Positions 28,663 to 36,705 of a stretch of DNA of 46,780 nucleotides are shown here, one piece after another. The DNA comes from a virus (taxonomy: Duplodnaviria > Caudoviricetes). Below the pieces are notes generated by a model that was given only the letters and a program-made list of their open reading frames with translations, searched no databases and had not been told where the DNA came from. Within the stretch, counting starts at the first letter, position 1, and every line of letters begins with the position of its first letter. Both the position numbers and the translations under genes were made by a program. Where the stretch lies: IMG/VR virus record IMGVR_UViG_3300037851_000296, positions 1 to 46,780 of that record; one strand, 5' to 3'.

Positions 28663-29289
28663 ATGGACAGTTTCGGAACCTGGCAGCAAGCCGAACTACA
28701 GGAACAGGACCGGGACGAACAGGACCGGGACGAAGGCCTGGAACAGGAACGAGACCTGGACCTGTACGACCAGGACCAGGAGCAGGACCAGAAGCAGGAC
28801 CAGGAGCAACAGGAGGACCAGCAGAAGGACCAGGACCAGGAGGTCTCGGTCTCGATGACCCACGCAGAGCGGGTCTATCGTACCGTCGAGAGGTCTCCCG
28901 TCCCCTTGCGAGCCTCGACCATCATCGAGGAGACAGGCGGGTTCACGAGCCCTTCTAACGGGTACAGCATCATCCGTTCCCTTGAGACGAAGGGACTCCT
29001 CAAGAGCAAGGCCGATGCCGGAGGAACTCGGTTCTTCAGCAAAGGTCTAAACTGGGATGCGGTCTCGCACAAGCGAGGCCGAAAGCCTGGGAAGCCTGGT
29101 CAGGTACAGAAGGTGGCTGCCAAGCGTAACACCGCCAAGCCTGTGGCAACGGCGCAGCGTTCGACGGTTGGCACGCCCACCATCACGGGGGTTGCCATCG
29201 TGGTCAACCAGGACGGGTCGCACCTTTACTGGCAGACCGAAGGTGGTAAGACCTACCGTGTCGAGGAAGTCGAGAACATCTTCATCTAA
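28663..29289 (+). CDS. Protein with a Q/D/E low-complexity N-terminus, a winged-HTH-like middle and a basic linker
   Basis: GAGGAGGT RBS; 'YSIIRSLETKGLLKS....G..FF' wHTH pattern; CAGGAC/CAGGAG repeats. Confidence 0.7.
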   Translation: MDSFGTWQQAELQEQDRDEQDRDEGLEQERDLDLYDQDQEQDQKQDQEQQEDQQKDQDQEVSVSMTHAERVYRTVERSPVPLRASTIIEETGGFTSPSNGYSIIRSLETKGLLKSKADAGGTRFFSKGLNWDAVSHKRGRKPGKPGQVQKVAAKRNTAKPVATAQRSTVGTPTITGVAIVVNQDGSHLYWQTEGGKTYRVEEVENIFI

Positions 29290-29292
29290 CCT

Positions 29293-29514
29293 CTAGACTT
29301 CCTCTCCCAACGACGAGGGCCGGGTAACCCCCGGCCCTTCGTCATGGCGGTCATGTGTTGGCTCATGTGAGTAGACCCAGTGATCTCGGTCTAGGCCTAT
29401 AGCCTTCTCCCTGGTGTCGGTCATGCGGGTCCATCCACATCTTCCGAGGTCACACACCACCAGCCACATAGGCTTGGACGCTGAGCGAGGACCCACTCGA
29501 AGAACTGACATCAA
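29293..29514 (-). CDS. Small hypothetical protein (CxxxxC...HxxxxH)
   Basis: 73 aa, in an operon with the exonuclease. Confidence 0.5.
   Translation of the reverse strand: MMSVLRVGPRSASKPMWLVVCDLGRCGWTRMTDTREKAIGLDRDHWVYSHEPTHDRHDEGPGVTRPSSLGEEV
29312..29343. terminator. Hairpin between convergent transcription units
   Basis: GACGAGGGCCGGG/CCCGGCCCTTCGTC stem; no strong U tract. Confidence 0.5.
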
Positions 29515-29527
29515 ATAATCTAAACCT

Positions 29528-30082
29528 TCACTTCCGTTCTAGTCTCGTCTTGGCGTGAAGGAGTTTCCAGTACGCCTGCTCTAGAACCTTCACATCCTGT
29601 TCACAGTGATGCACTACTTCGTCCATCGCGTCGGTATCGTACGCACCTGCCTTCGCCCAATCATCCCAGTTTATCTCTGTCTTCTCGTCTGGAAGACCAA
29701 GCATCTTCTGAACGTTGTTCAGTTTGGATGACATACGGAACTGGGTACGGACCACCCACATCGTATCGAAATGCCACTTCGGTTGAAGGATACGCTCGCC
29801 TACCTTGATTAGTCTAGCGTTGAGGAACTTCCTGTCATACAACAGGGAGTTATGCCCGACCAGTAAATCGTAATGTTCTAGTTCATCTCGTATAGCGATA
29901 GCGAGCTTCCCATCGTCTACCACTGAGGAACCAGCGAACTCAGGGTCATCGGCCCTGAACGTATAAACTTTACCCTTCGTCTTGTTCTCGGGAGGGAGTA
30001 TCTGTTTGAAGGAACAGCAGAGTATCCTTCCGAAATTGCCGCCGAGGTCAGTGGTCTCTAGGTCCCAACCGACTACCCTCAT
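29528..30082 (-). CDS. DnaQ/RNase H-like (DEDD) 3'-5' exonuclease
   Basis: 'WDLETT', 'GHNSLLYD', 'FDTM' and 'HCEQDV' motifs. Confidence 0.85.
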   Translation of the reverse strand: MRVVGWDLETTDLGGNFGRILCCSFKQILPPENKTKGKVYTFRADDPEFAGSSVVDDGKLAIAIRDELEHYDLLVGHNSLLYDRKFLNARLIKVGERILQPKWHFDTMWVVRTQFRMSSKLNNVQKMLGLPDEKTEINWDDWAKAGAYDTDAMDEVVHHCEQDVKVLEQAYWKLLHAKTRLERK

Positions 30083-30315
30083 CCTATACTTTCCTCCGTT
30101 CCTTCATCGCCGTCGATATCGTTCGTCTCGTTAGCCTCATCCGTGATGACTTTATCTAGAGCAGCTTCGAGAACAGACCGAACTTCCCACAGAGCGAACT
30201 CCCCTTCGTAGTCTATGCCTATATCATGTGCAGGCTCAACGACCAGCACGATGAGACGACGAGGAGCAGCGGTGGTTGGACCGTCAGGTGGTAGGTCTAG
30301 ATTCTGGCTCATCAT
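30079..30315 (-). CDS. Hypothetical acidic protein
   Basis: 78 aa, ATGA-coupled on both sides. Confidence 0.6.
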   Translation of the reverse strand: MMSQNLDLPPDGPTTAAPRRLIVLVVEPAHDIGIDYEGEFALWEVRSVLEAALDKVITDEANETNDIDGDEGTEESIG

Positions 30316-30560
30316 GGTTCCGCCTGTATCTCTACGACCTCGAACCCGTTCTCATGAAGCAGGTCTAGAACCATGCCCCACTGAGCCACCGGGTCCGGGT
30401 CTAGGACAGAAGCGGGGATGGGACCACACGAGAAGTCCAGGTCTGAAGCGTCCGGTATATACGTGCGGAAGGGGCGGGACCGGGAGTCGCCGGGAGAGAG
30501 AGGGTCCTCCCGGTCCCCGCCAGGGTCTACCTTCAAGGTTCCTTCGATGGAGTAGTTCAT
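30312..30560 (-). CDS. Hypothetical protein, leaderless
   Basis: ATG 30560 lies 6 nt after the TATTAT -10 box. Confidence 0.55.
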   Translation of the reverse strand: MNYSIEGTLKVDPGGDREDPLSPGDSRSRPFRTYIPDASDLDFSCGPIPASVLDPDPVAQWGMVLDLLHENGFEVVEIQAEP

Positions 30561-30566
30561 GGCGGG

Positions 30567-30595
30567 ATAATACCACGGATGTGATTCGATGTCAA
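30567..30595 (-). promoter_or_regulatory. sigmaA-type promoter (leaderless mRNA)
   Basis: TTGACA-17 nt-TATTAT with TG extension. Confidence 0.7.
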
Positions 30596-30609
30596 GCAAG
30601 TTCTAAACC

Positions 30610-30862
30610 AGAGGCGAAGCACACCGCTCCGCTCTTGTCAAGGGAACCGAAACTTGGGCATAGTCCCCTCCCCTTAGGTGACCCTAAGAGCGGGAAGGCT
30701 TCGTTCTTTCCTCATGCTCCGTAGTCTACGAGCGTCCCCACCCGAGCGCGGTGTCGTAACCTTCACGGTCCGCTAGTCGTCGGGCTCCGGGAATCCCTAA
30801 GGTCACCCCTCTTACGAGGACCCGGCCGCACCTCCGCCGTAAGGTGGAAGCATGAGGTTGTC
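30610..30862 (-). ncRNA. Candidate ~250-nt multi-stem, pseudoknotted ncRNA
   Basis: Own promoter; nested stems, a GNRA loop and a 12-bp cross-domain pairing; no credible ORF. Confidence 0.55.
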
Positions 30863-30868
30863 CGGCGG

Positions 30869-30897
30869 ACCCTAGCATGCCGAAGGGGTCCTGTCAA
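30869..30897 (-). promoter_or_regulatory. sigmaA-type promoter for the leftward ncRNA
   Basis: TTGACA-17 nt-TAGGGT with TG extension. Confidence 0.6.
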
Positions 30898-30944
30898 CCC
30901 TCCTCGGGAGAGGAACTTGTCCCGGAGGAAAGAGCCTCCAGGGC

Positions 30945-30973
30945 TTGACTCGGGACGAACGATGTGGTACGGT
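30945..30973 (+). promoter_or_regulatory. sigmaA-type promoter for the replication-operon leader
   Basis: TTGACT-17 nt-TACGGT with TGTG extension. Confidence 0.65.
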
Positions 30974-30979
30974 CCTCGG

Positions 30980-31255
30980 TGATGGTCGCTGGACCATCGG
31001 AGTACCTCCGCCTCGAAAGGTGGTAGACGGGTCCCTCTTCGTAGGGTACCCTGAGAGGTACCACCTCTGTCCCTGGCGACCACTCTGCGCCAGGGGCAGA
31101 GGGAGTATCCCTCCTAGTTGAAAGAGAGGAGGAAGTGACCTAGTGATTCACGGGCGAAGTGTAAGCACTAGGGATATTCCCTAAACCCGTCAAGGCCACC
31201 GAGGGAAAGTTTCGGCGGGGGAAGGCTGATACTCCCTCGGTGGTCTTGACTTTCC
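30980..31255 (+). ncRNA. Structured leader RNA / attenuator upstream of the replication genes
   Basis: Many hairpins, long-range pairs, and an 18-bp terminal hairpin followed by TTT. Confidence 0.55.
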
Positions 31256-31273
31256 TGAACAGCGGAGGAATCA

Positions 31274-31339
31274 GATGAGCGAAGAAGAAAGACGTGTCTT
31301 GACCATCTTTAAGGTAAAAGATACGAACTGGAAACTCTG
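31274..31339 (+). CDS. 21-aa mini-ORF coupled to the nuclease gene
   Basis: GGAGG RBS, MSEEERRVLTIFKVKDTNWKL; its TGA directly abuts or overlaps the next ATG; coordinates +/-1. Confidence 0.4.
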
Positions 31340-32041
31340 ATGACAACCAGTCCATATAAACTAAACGTCACCGTCGGGGATAAAGAAGTTTATAAAGTTA
31401 CACTCCCCCGAGTGACTACCATCTTGGATTCTGCCTTCGGTGGAGATGGTCTTGCGCGGTGGTATTACAACAATACGGTGATAGGGTTCTCCCATCTTAT
31501 CTCGAAATACGGAGGGAACCTACCTTCTGATATACCGAGTCTCCATTCTCTCCTCTCTACCGAAGGGGTTGGGCCTAACAAGAAGCGGGATGAATCTCAA
31601 GAATATGGTTCTAAACTTCATGACGTCCTGCACCGCCTCGCCATCGGAAGGAAGGTGCGCGAAACCGCAGATAACCAACGGCTCCTCGACTGGTTCTATA
31701 CTTCGGTCATCGCCAAACACGGGGTGATAGCGACGGAGAAGACCGTCATCAGCCTACGGGAAGGATACGCTGGTACGCTGGATTTAGTATGGCGTACGCT
31801 CGAAGGTAAGGTTCGTATGACAGACTTGAAGACAGGCACCATCATGGAAGCGAAGATGCGGTGCCAACTTCAAGCGTACACGGAAGCATGGCATGAGATG
31901 GGAGGTGAGAAGATAGATGAATGGAGCATCCTTCACGTTCCGCGGGACGGGAGTGAGGCATCCGAGATAAAGATTACGCCGGACCCGACGGAGTGGGCCG
32001 CTGCCCTGACCATATACAGGGCGCAGAGGAAAGGAAAGTAG
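31340..32041 (+). CDS. PD-(D/E)XK (RecB-like) exonuclease
   Basis: 'PRVTTIL', 'G..LH', 'YAGTLD', 'DLKTG' and 'QLQAY' motifs. Confidence 0.85.
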   Translation: MTTSPYKLNVTVGDKEVYKVTLPRVTTILDSAFGGDGLARWYYNNTVIGFSHLISKYGGNLPSDIPSLHSLLSTEGVGPNKKRDESQEYGSKLHDVLHRLAIGRKVRETADNQRLLDWFYTSVIAKHGVIATEKTVISLREGYAGTLDLVWRTLEGKVRMTDLKTGTIMEAKMRCQLQAYTEAWHEMGGEKIDEWSILHVPRDGSEASEIKITPDPTEWAAALTIYRAQRKGK

Positions 32042-32419
32042 ATGGCTGGTGAAGAGAAGTCCTACGGCGTGGGGCTCAGTTGGAAGACGCCGAGCGGTGC
32101 GATGTTCTGGGTGTTCCGTAAGGAATGGGCAGAAGTCATCGAAGACGTAACCGCCATGTTCGGTACGGATGCGATGGGGCGCATGAATCTAGAACTCCAG
32201 GAGGCGTTCCCCGTCCGTCCGTCACAACAAGCAGCGGCAGAGAAGGCGAACGTGGTCCGGGTGGCTGAAACATCTCAGCAGGGAACGACAGAGTTCGAGA
32301 CCTGTTCGGTGTGTGGACAAGCGAAGGACAAGTGGGTGCCGCCTGGTGTGAGTCAGAAGACCGGCCGTCCGTACCCTGGGTTCTTCGCTTGCCCTACCCG
32401 TGGTTGTCCTGGGAGATAG
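32042..32419 (+). CDS. Hypothetical protein with a C-terminal Zn ribbon
   Basis: CxxC...'GVSQKTGRPYPGFFACP..GC'. Confidence 0.7.
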   Translation: MAGEEKSYGVGLSWKTPSGAMFWVFRKEWAEVIEDVTAMFGTDAMGRMNLELQEAFPVRPSQQAAAEKANVVRVAETSQQGTTEFETCSVCGQAKDKWVPPGVSQKTGRPYPGFFACPTRGCPGR

Positions 32420-32421
32420 AT

Positions 32422-32820
32422 ATGCCTTCTAAAGAGCGGCGCATAGAGATAGGTACGGTTGAAGTAGACCTACCTCTAACATGGAGCTTAACGAAGTTCG
32501 AACCGGATGATGATTTATCCCTAAATACCATGGTGGATACCTGGATTCGGGAGCAGCTAGGAGAGATTCATCCTGTCTACTCCTATTATCCGATTATTGC
32601 ACTCGTGAAAGCTGAATGGACGGTCGATACGTGTGATAAATATGATGGCACTTATGACCTAACTGGTACGATGCACGTCGTTGTAGACTATTTCCCGGAG
32701 GGGCGGCGGTGGAATGAGCAGACGATTATCAAGAAGGTGAAAGATATAATCGTACTACTACTCACGCCCTGTAGCGGAAAGCTGACCGTCGGATATGTGG
32801 GAGAAAGCTCTACTACGTAG
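32422..32820 (+). CDS. Hypothetical protein
   Basis: ATG 32422 with GGAG RBS; in operon. Confidence 0.6.
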   Translation: MPSKERRIEIGTVEVDLPLTWSLTKFEPDDDLSLNTMVDTWIREQLGEIHPVYSYYPIIALVKAEWTVDTCDKYDGTYDLTGTMHVVVDYFPEGRRWNEQTIIKKVKDIIVLLLTPCSGKLTVGYVGESSTT

Positions 32821-33565
32821 GACCGGGGCGGTGGTCTCACCGCCCTGGCCTATCGGTATAGAACCTGTACGTGGTAACTTGGCGGTGGTGATGGGTACAC
32901 CTGGTGTGGGTAAGAGCGTGTTCACGTTGAACTGGGCTCTGGCGGCACGGTACCCGTCCCTGGTCATCAGCTTGGATACCGATGTTCATACGCAAGCTGT
33001 CCGTGCAGCGAGTATCCTTACCGGTGTGAAACAGTCCGTGGTTCGTGACTACCCCGAAGTGTTCAGCGTCTATCTGAAACGAGAGTTGTATCATTGTAGG
33101 ATATATGATATCTCTCTTAGAACCAAGGATATAAATGACTTACTTATAGCTGAACAAGAATATTGGGGTGACTCCCCGCCACTAGTGGTAGTAGATAACG
33201 TCAGTAACATCGTTACGGAAACCAGCTATGAAGCATACCGTAACGTGTTCATCGAACTACAGAAGGTCGCACGGATGCGGAACACGTTTATCCTAGCGTG
33301 TCACCATATCCGTCGAGGGAGCGCCAGTAAGTCTCAGCGCCTATCTCTACACTCTGGGCAGTACGCTGGCGAGCAGGAGGCAGAGATGGTGCTGGGGCTC
33401 TGGCGCTCCGACCGAGGTATAGAGGTCGGTGTGTTGAAGAACCGCAACGGCATAGCTGACCCCGATGGTGCGCTGAGCTTCCCCGTCGCTCTCGATGGAG
33501 ACAGTATGAGGATAAGGAAGGCGGAAGGATGGATAACCAACTCAAACGCACCATCGACGAGCTAA
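32795..33565 (+). CDS. DnaB-like (RecA-fold) helicase/ATPase
   Basis: Walker A GTPGVGKS, 'VVVDN', 'EQEAEMVL' and 'KNRNG' motifs. Confidence 0.85.
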   Translation: MWEKALLRRTGAVVSPPWPIGIEPVRGNLAVVMGTPGVGKSVFTLNWALAARYPSLVISLDTDVHTQAVRAASILTGVKQSVVRDYPEVFSVYLKRELYHCRIYDISLRTKDINDLLIAEQEYWGDSPPLVVVDNVSNIVTETSYEAYRNVFIELQKVARMRNTFILACHHIRRGSASKSQRLSLHSGQYAGEQEAEMVLGLWRSDRGIEVGVLKNRNGIADPDGALSFPVALDGDSMRIRKAEGWITNSNAPSTS

Positions 33566-33840
33566 CGAAAGTTCTCGACAGATGGCCGAACAAAGAACCG
33601 ACACCCATCGACTATTACAACATGATGAGGAGTACCAGGGATGCTCTTCTCCTGGTCCATGAGGAGATAGCTTCCGCATATGATAGCTTCCGTAAGATTC
33701 TCGACGCACAGATGGCGGTGTCGAAGAATATGGGTATCATATATAAACTGGGAGAAGAACCGACGGACCCGTCGGAGAACGTGACAGGGGATGAACTTGA
33801 AGGACAAGCCAAGCAGCAACAACGACGAGGCTACGTCTAG
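33529..33840 (+). CDS. Hypothetical protein
   Basis: 103 aa with RBS. Confidence 0.55.
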   Translation: MDNQLKRTIDELTKVLDRWPNKEPTPIDYYNMMRSTRDALLLVHEEIASAYDSFRKILDAQMAVSKNMGIIYKLGEEPTDPSENVTGDELEGQAKQQQRRGYV

Positions 33841-34165
33841 ACGAAGGGACCGTTACCTGAGTCGTACCTACGGTATCGACGCGACGGAATACGGCTGGCT
33901 ACTTGACACGCAGGGAGGAGGATGCTACGGTTGTGGTAGGTCCGGTGTTACGAGGAACCTCCATGTTGACCATGACCATAAGACCGGGGTGGTGCGTGGT
34001 ATACTATGTATCTCATGCAACTCTGCATTACAGAAACTCAAGGACGATGCATCCATCGCCAGGAACCTAGCGAGATACCTCGAAGCACCACCTGCGGTGG
34101 CTCTCCTCGGAGAGCGTCTATACTCGGGACCCGCTCCTCGCCGCAAACGCAAGAGGAAACGATGA
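33791..34165 (+). CDS. Endonuclease VII-like protein
   Basis: 'YGI...Y..LL..Q.G.C..C...LHVDHDH.TG.VRG.LC..CN' signature. Confidence 0.9.
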   Translation: MNLKDKPSSNNDEATSRRRDRYLSRTYGIDATEYGWLLDTQGGGCYGCGRSGVTRNLHVDHDHKTGVVRGILCISCNSALQKLKDDASIARNLARYLEAPPAVALLGERLYSGPAPRRKRKRKR

Positions 34166-34575
34166 CAGGTAACCCTTGGTGGGTAGAAGAAGTAGGGGTC
34201 CGTCATGACGACGGGCCACAGGTGTTGAAGGTTCACGAGGCTAAGACTTTATTGATGGATATACTCAACTATTACAGTGACGATATCCCTGATGTACCAG
34301 ATGTACCATCGGTTTTAGCGAAGAATGAATGGCTTCCAATGAAGTGCCCGTTCCACGAAGACACTCATGCTTCGGCAGGAGTGAACCTCTATTCATTGAG
34401 GTTCAAGTGTCATGCTTGTGACGCTCGGGGTGATGCTATAGACCTAGTGATGAGGGAAGAATGTTTGAACTTCAAAGAAGCTCTGAGATGGATAAGCGTA
34501 CGTTGGAAGCCGTCGAAGTTCTATGGAGCGTCGCCGGAGCACCGCACCTCGAATGGCTCAGAGGAAGAGGATTGA
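34162..34575 (+). CDS. DNA primase zinc-binding (CHC2) subunit
   Basis: 'CPFHED..AS....FKCHAC..GDAIDLV...E..F.EAL'; ATG 34162 coupled to EndoVII. Confidence 0.85.
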   Translation: MTGNPWWVEEVGVRHDDGPQVLKVHEAKTLLMDILNYYSDDIPDVPDVPSVLAKNEWLPMKCPFHEDTHASAGVNLYSLRFKCHACDARGDAIDLVMREECLNFKEALRWISVRWKPSKFYGASPEHRTSNGSEEED

Positions 34576-35075
34576 AAGACGTGACGATACGAGAAGCGTA
34601 TCTCGGGTATACGCCTGGTGCTATCACCATCCCGTACCTCAACCCGCCGTTGCGCTCGGATGGAGTGGTGAGCGTTCGTCAGATACGCAAACGGAACCTC
34701 CATGGACTACCGAAGTACGAAACCCCGAAAGGGGGGAAGTCACATATCTATAACGTGGCCGTAACCGACCGGCCGGTAGTCTACTTGACGGAAGGTGAGT
34801 TCGACGCTCTTATCCTTAGGCAACTCGGTAAAGCAGCCGTCGGGGTACCAGGTGTTAGCGTATTCCAGTCAGAGTGGAAATACTTATTCACTCATTGTGA
34901 ACACGTCTACCTGGTGTTCGACGCAGACGATGCGGGGAAGGGAGGTGGTAACCGTATCGCAGGGATACTAGGTCAATACGTTGAGAAGCTCAGTATCATC
35001 CACCTGCCTCCCGGCAAGGACGTAACTGACCTGTACCTCGAAGACCCGGAACATCTCCGGCGTCTAATCGGATAG
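34488..35075 (+). CDS. DNA primase TOPRIM subunit
   Basis: 'LTEGEFDAL', 'FDADDAG' and 'GKDVTD' motifs; start uncertain. Confidence 0.85.
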   Translation: MDKRTLEAVEVLWSVAGAPHLEWLRGRGLKDVTIREAYLGYTPGAITIPYLNPPLRSDGVVSVRQIRKRNLHGLPKYETPKGGKSHIYNVAVTDRPVVYLTEGEFDALILRQLGKAAVGVPGVSVFQSEWKYLFTHCEHVYLVFDADDAGKGGGNRIAGILGQYVEKLSIIHLPPGKDVTDLYLEDPEHLRRLIG

Positions 35076-35100
35076 GGAGAGGAAGTGAGTCAACGATGAG

Positions 35101-35241
35101 ATGGACCCGTACAAACTGCATCACCAACTTGAAGACCTTTACGTCGAGGTCGAAGGACGAGACGTGACCGAGTATAGAACCGGGTACCTCGATGCTATTC
35201 AGTTCATAATAGAGATAGTAGAAGAGGAACTCGACGATTGA
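35101..35241 (+). CDS. Small acidic hypothetical protein (46 aa)
   Basis: Hand translation MDPYKLHHQLEDL...EEELDD. Confidence 0.45.
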   Translation: MDPYKLHHQLEDLYVEVEGRDVTEYRTGYLDAIQFIIEIVEEELDD

Positions 35242-35256
35242 TAGGAGATATGACAC

Positions 35257-35418
35257 ATGCCGTACGGTATCCCGAAAGAGAAGGGCGGTGACTCTGCCGA
35301 GAACGTAAGGAAGATGGAGTCCTGTGTGAAGAACCTCATGAATAAAGACCCGAAACTCACGAAGGATAGAGCTATCGCTATCTGTAAATCTTCCCTGGGG
35401 TTCACGAAAGGGAAGTAA
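35257..35418 (+). CDS. Small basic hypothetical protein (53 aa)
   Basis: AGGAG RBS; MPYGIPKEKGGDS...MESCV...AIAICK. Confidence 0.6.
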   Translation: MPYGIPKEKGGDSAENVRKMESCVKNLMNKDPKLTKDRAIAICKSSLGFTKGK

Positions 35419-35420
35419 CG

Positions 35421-35888
35421 ATGCCTAAACCAGAAGTAATCGAGAAGGCGTTCGAGCACCATCCGTATAGATTCAACAACATCCTTACCCTCGGTGACGG
35501 ATGGGTATTCGGGCCTGCTTTCATCGTCTGGGAACCTAACTTCCATATCCCTAAAGCTCGACCTAAGATTTATCGTAACCTGGATGACAGAGCTTTGAAG
35601 AGGATAGCGAGCAGAATCATCAATGCGGCACCGAAGAAACCTGACCCTGAGGTACAGCTTGATAGGAAGGGGCACCCTCACCCACACCTCAAGACCCCGT
35701 GTAAAGGACGGACCCTCATCATCGGTGGAGAACCACAACCGTGGGAAGCGAGCACGGCCCACTGGCGACTCTATACCGGGAGCTTCTGCGATGGGTTCGC
35801 GTTTGACGCTCCGGTCCTGTACGGGTACCATGAGGGCAAGCTTCGAGTAGTCACGACGTTGAAGCAGAGGGTGAGGTGTTGGGAATGA
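35421..35888 (+). CDS. Hypothetical protein
   Basis: 155 aa, in operon. Confidence 0.6.
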   Translation: MPKPEVIEKAFEHHPYRFNNILTLGDGWVFGPAFIVWEPNFHIPKARPKIYRNLDDRALKRIASRIINAAPKKPDPEVQLDRKGHPHPHLKTPCKGRTLIIGGEPQPWEASTAHWRLYTGSFCDGFAFDAPVLYGYHEGKLRVVTTLKQRVRCWE

Positions 35889-36559
35889 CCCGTTACAAAG
35901 TGGCACGGCCCGACGGATGGGACTTCCGTACCGGCAGCACGGTGAACTACCGTGAGGCCGTCGGCGGAGTGGTCGAGGCCCCGGATTGGCGCAAGGATGG
36001 TGTATGCGGGGGCGGTCTGCATTATTCCCCTACCGCCATCGACGCCCTCTCTTACGGCACCATTCCTTGCTCGCTCTACATCGTCGAACCCGTGGGTGAG
36101 CGAGCGCGCATCGACAGGTGGAAGTCCAAGGCACAGAAGCTCACCGTGGTCGAGGAGGTTACGGACCTCGACGCAGCGTTCGGGTTCCGCTACGCCGAAG
36201 CCTGTCAGCCTGTGAGCCCGTTCCTGCTCCCGAAACGCGAGCCCACGGACGACGATATCGCCTGCTTGCGTGAATGGGCTTCGGTGTGGGCCTCGGTGTG
36301 GGACTCGGTGTGGGCCTCGGTGCGGGCCTCGGTGCGGGCCTCGGCGCAGGTCTCGGTGCGGGCCTCGGTGTGGGTCTATGCCGGTTCCCTGTTCCCTGGC
36401 ATCACCCGCTGGAAGTACGTGGACCATGAACCCGGCGTCTATCCCTACCAGCCCGCCGTGGACCTGTGGAGGCGCGGTCTGGTGCCGTCCTTCGACGGCA
36501 AGGTATGGCGTCTCCATGCCGGTGAGAACGCAGAGGTCGTATGGGAGGGGGTCCCATGA
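35885..36559 (+). CDS. Hypothetical protein with an internal (A/D/V)SV(W/R) tetrapeptide repeat
   Basis: N-terminal 'CGGGLHYSP' domain; 8 x 12-bp repeat. Confidence 0.7.
   Translation: MTRYKVARPDGWDFRTGSTVNYREAVGGVVEAPDWRKDGVCGGGLHYSPTAIDALSYGTIPCSLYIVEPVGERARIDRWKSKAQKLTVVEEVTDLDAAFGFRYAEACQPVSPFLLPKREPTDDDIACLREWASVWASVWDSVWASVRASVRASAQVSVRASVWVYAGSLFPGITRWKYVDHEPGVYPYQPAVDLWRRGLVPSFDGKVWRLHAGENAEVVWEGVP
36278..36373 (+). repeat. 12-bp tandem repeat x8 (consensus GCCTCGGTGYGG)
   Basis: Read directly from the sequence. Confidence 0.9.
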
Positions 36560-36705
36560 CCAACACACAGACCGGGGTTCGCATCGTCGGTCACCCGTTC
36601 TGTCCCGATCTACTGAGCATCCGTGACTTGGGGGAAGCTGATGGTTGGCGCGGGCACCTGATTCGGGGGTTCTTCCGGCTCCTGAAGGTGGTGACCGGCG
36701 TATGA
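36556..36705 (+). CDS. Small hypothetical protein (49 aa)
   Basis: GGAGG RBS; ATGA-coupled on both sides. Confidence 0.5.
   Translation: MTNTQTGVRIVGHPFCPDLLSIRDLGEADGWRGHLIRGFFRLLKVVTGV

Noticed and set aside
30215-31355. ORFs 30215-30724(+), 30763-31083(-) and 31140-31355(-)
   Set aside because: P/R/G-rich shadow translations with no RBS, overlapping promoters and structured RNA
36278-36373. CRISPR or DGR variable repeat
   Set aside because: Contiguous in-frame 12-bp coding repeat with no spacers; no reverse transcriptase in the genome
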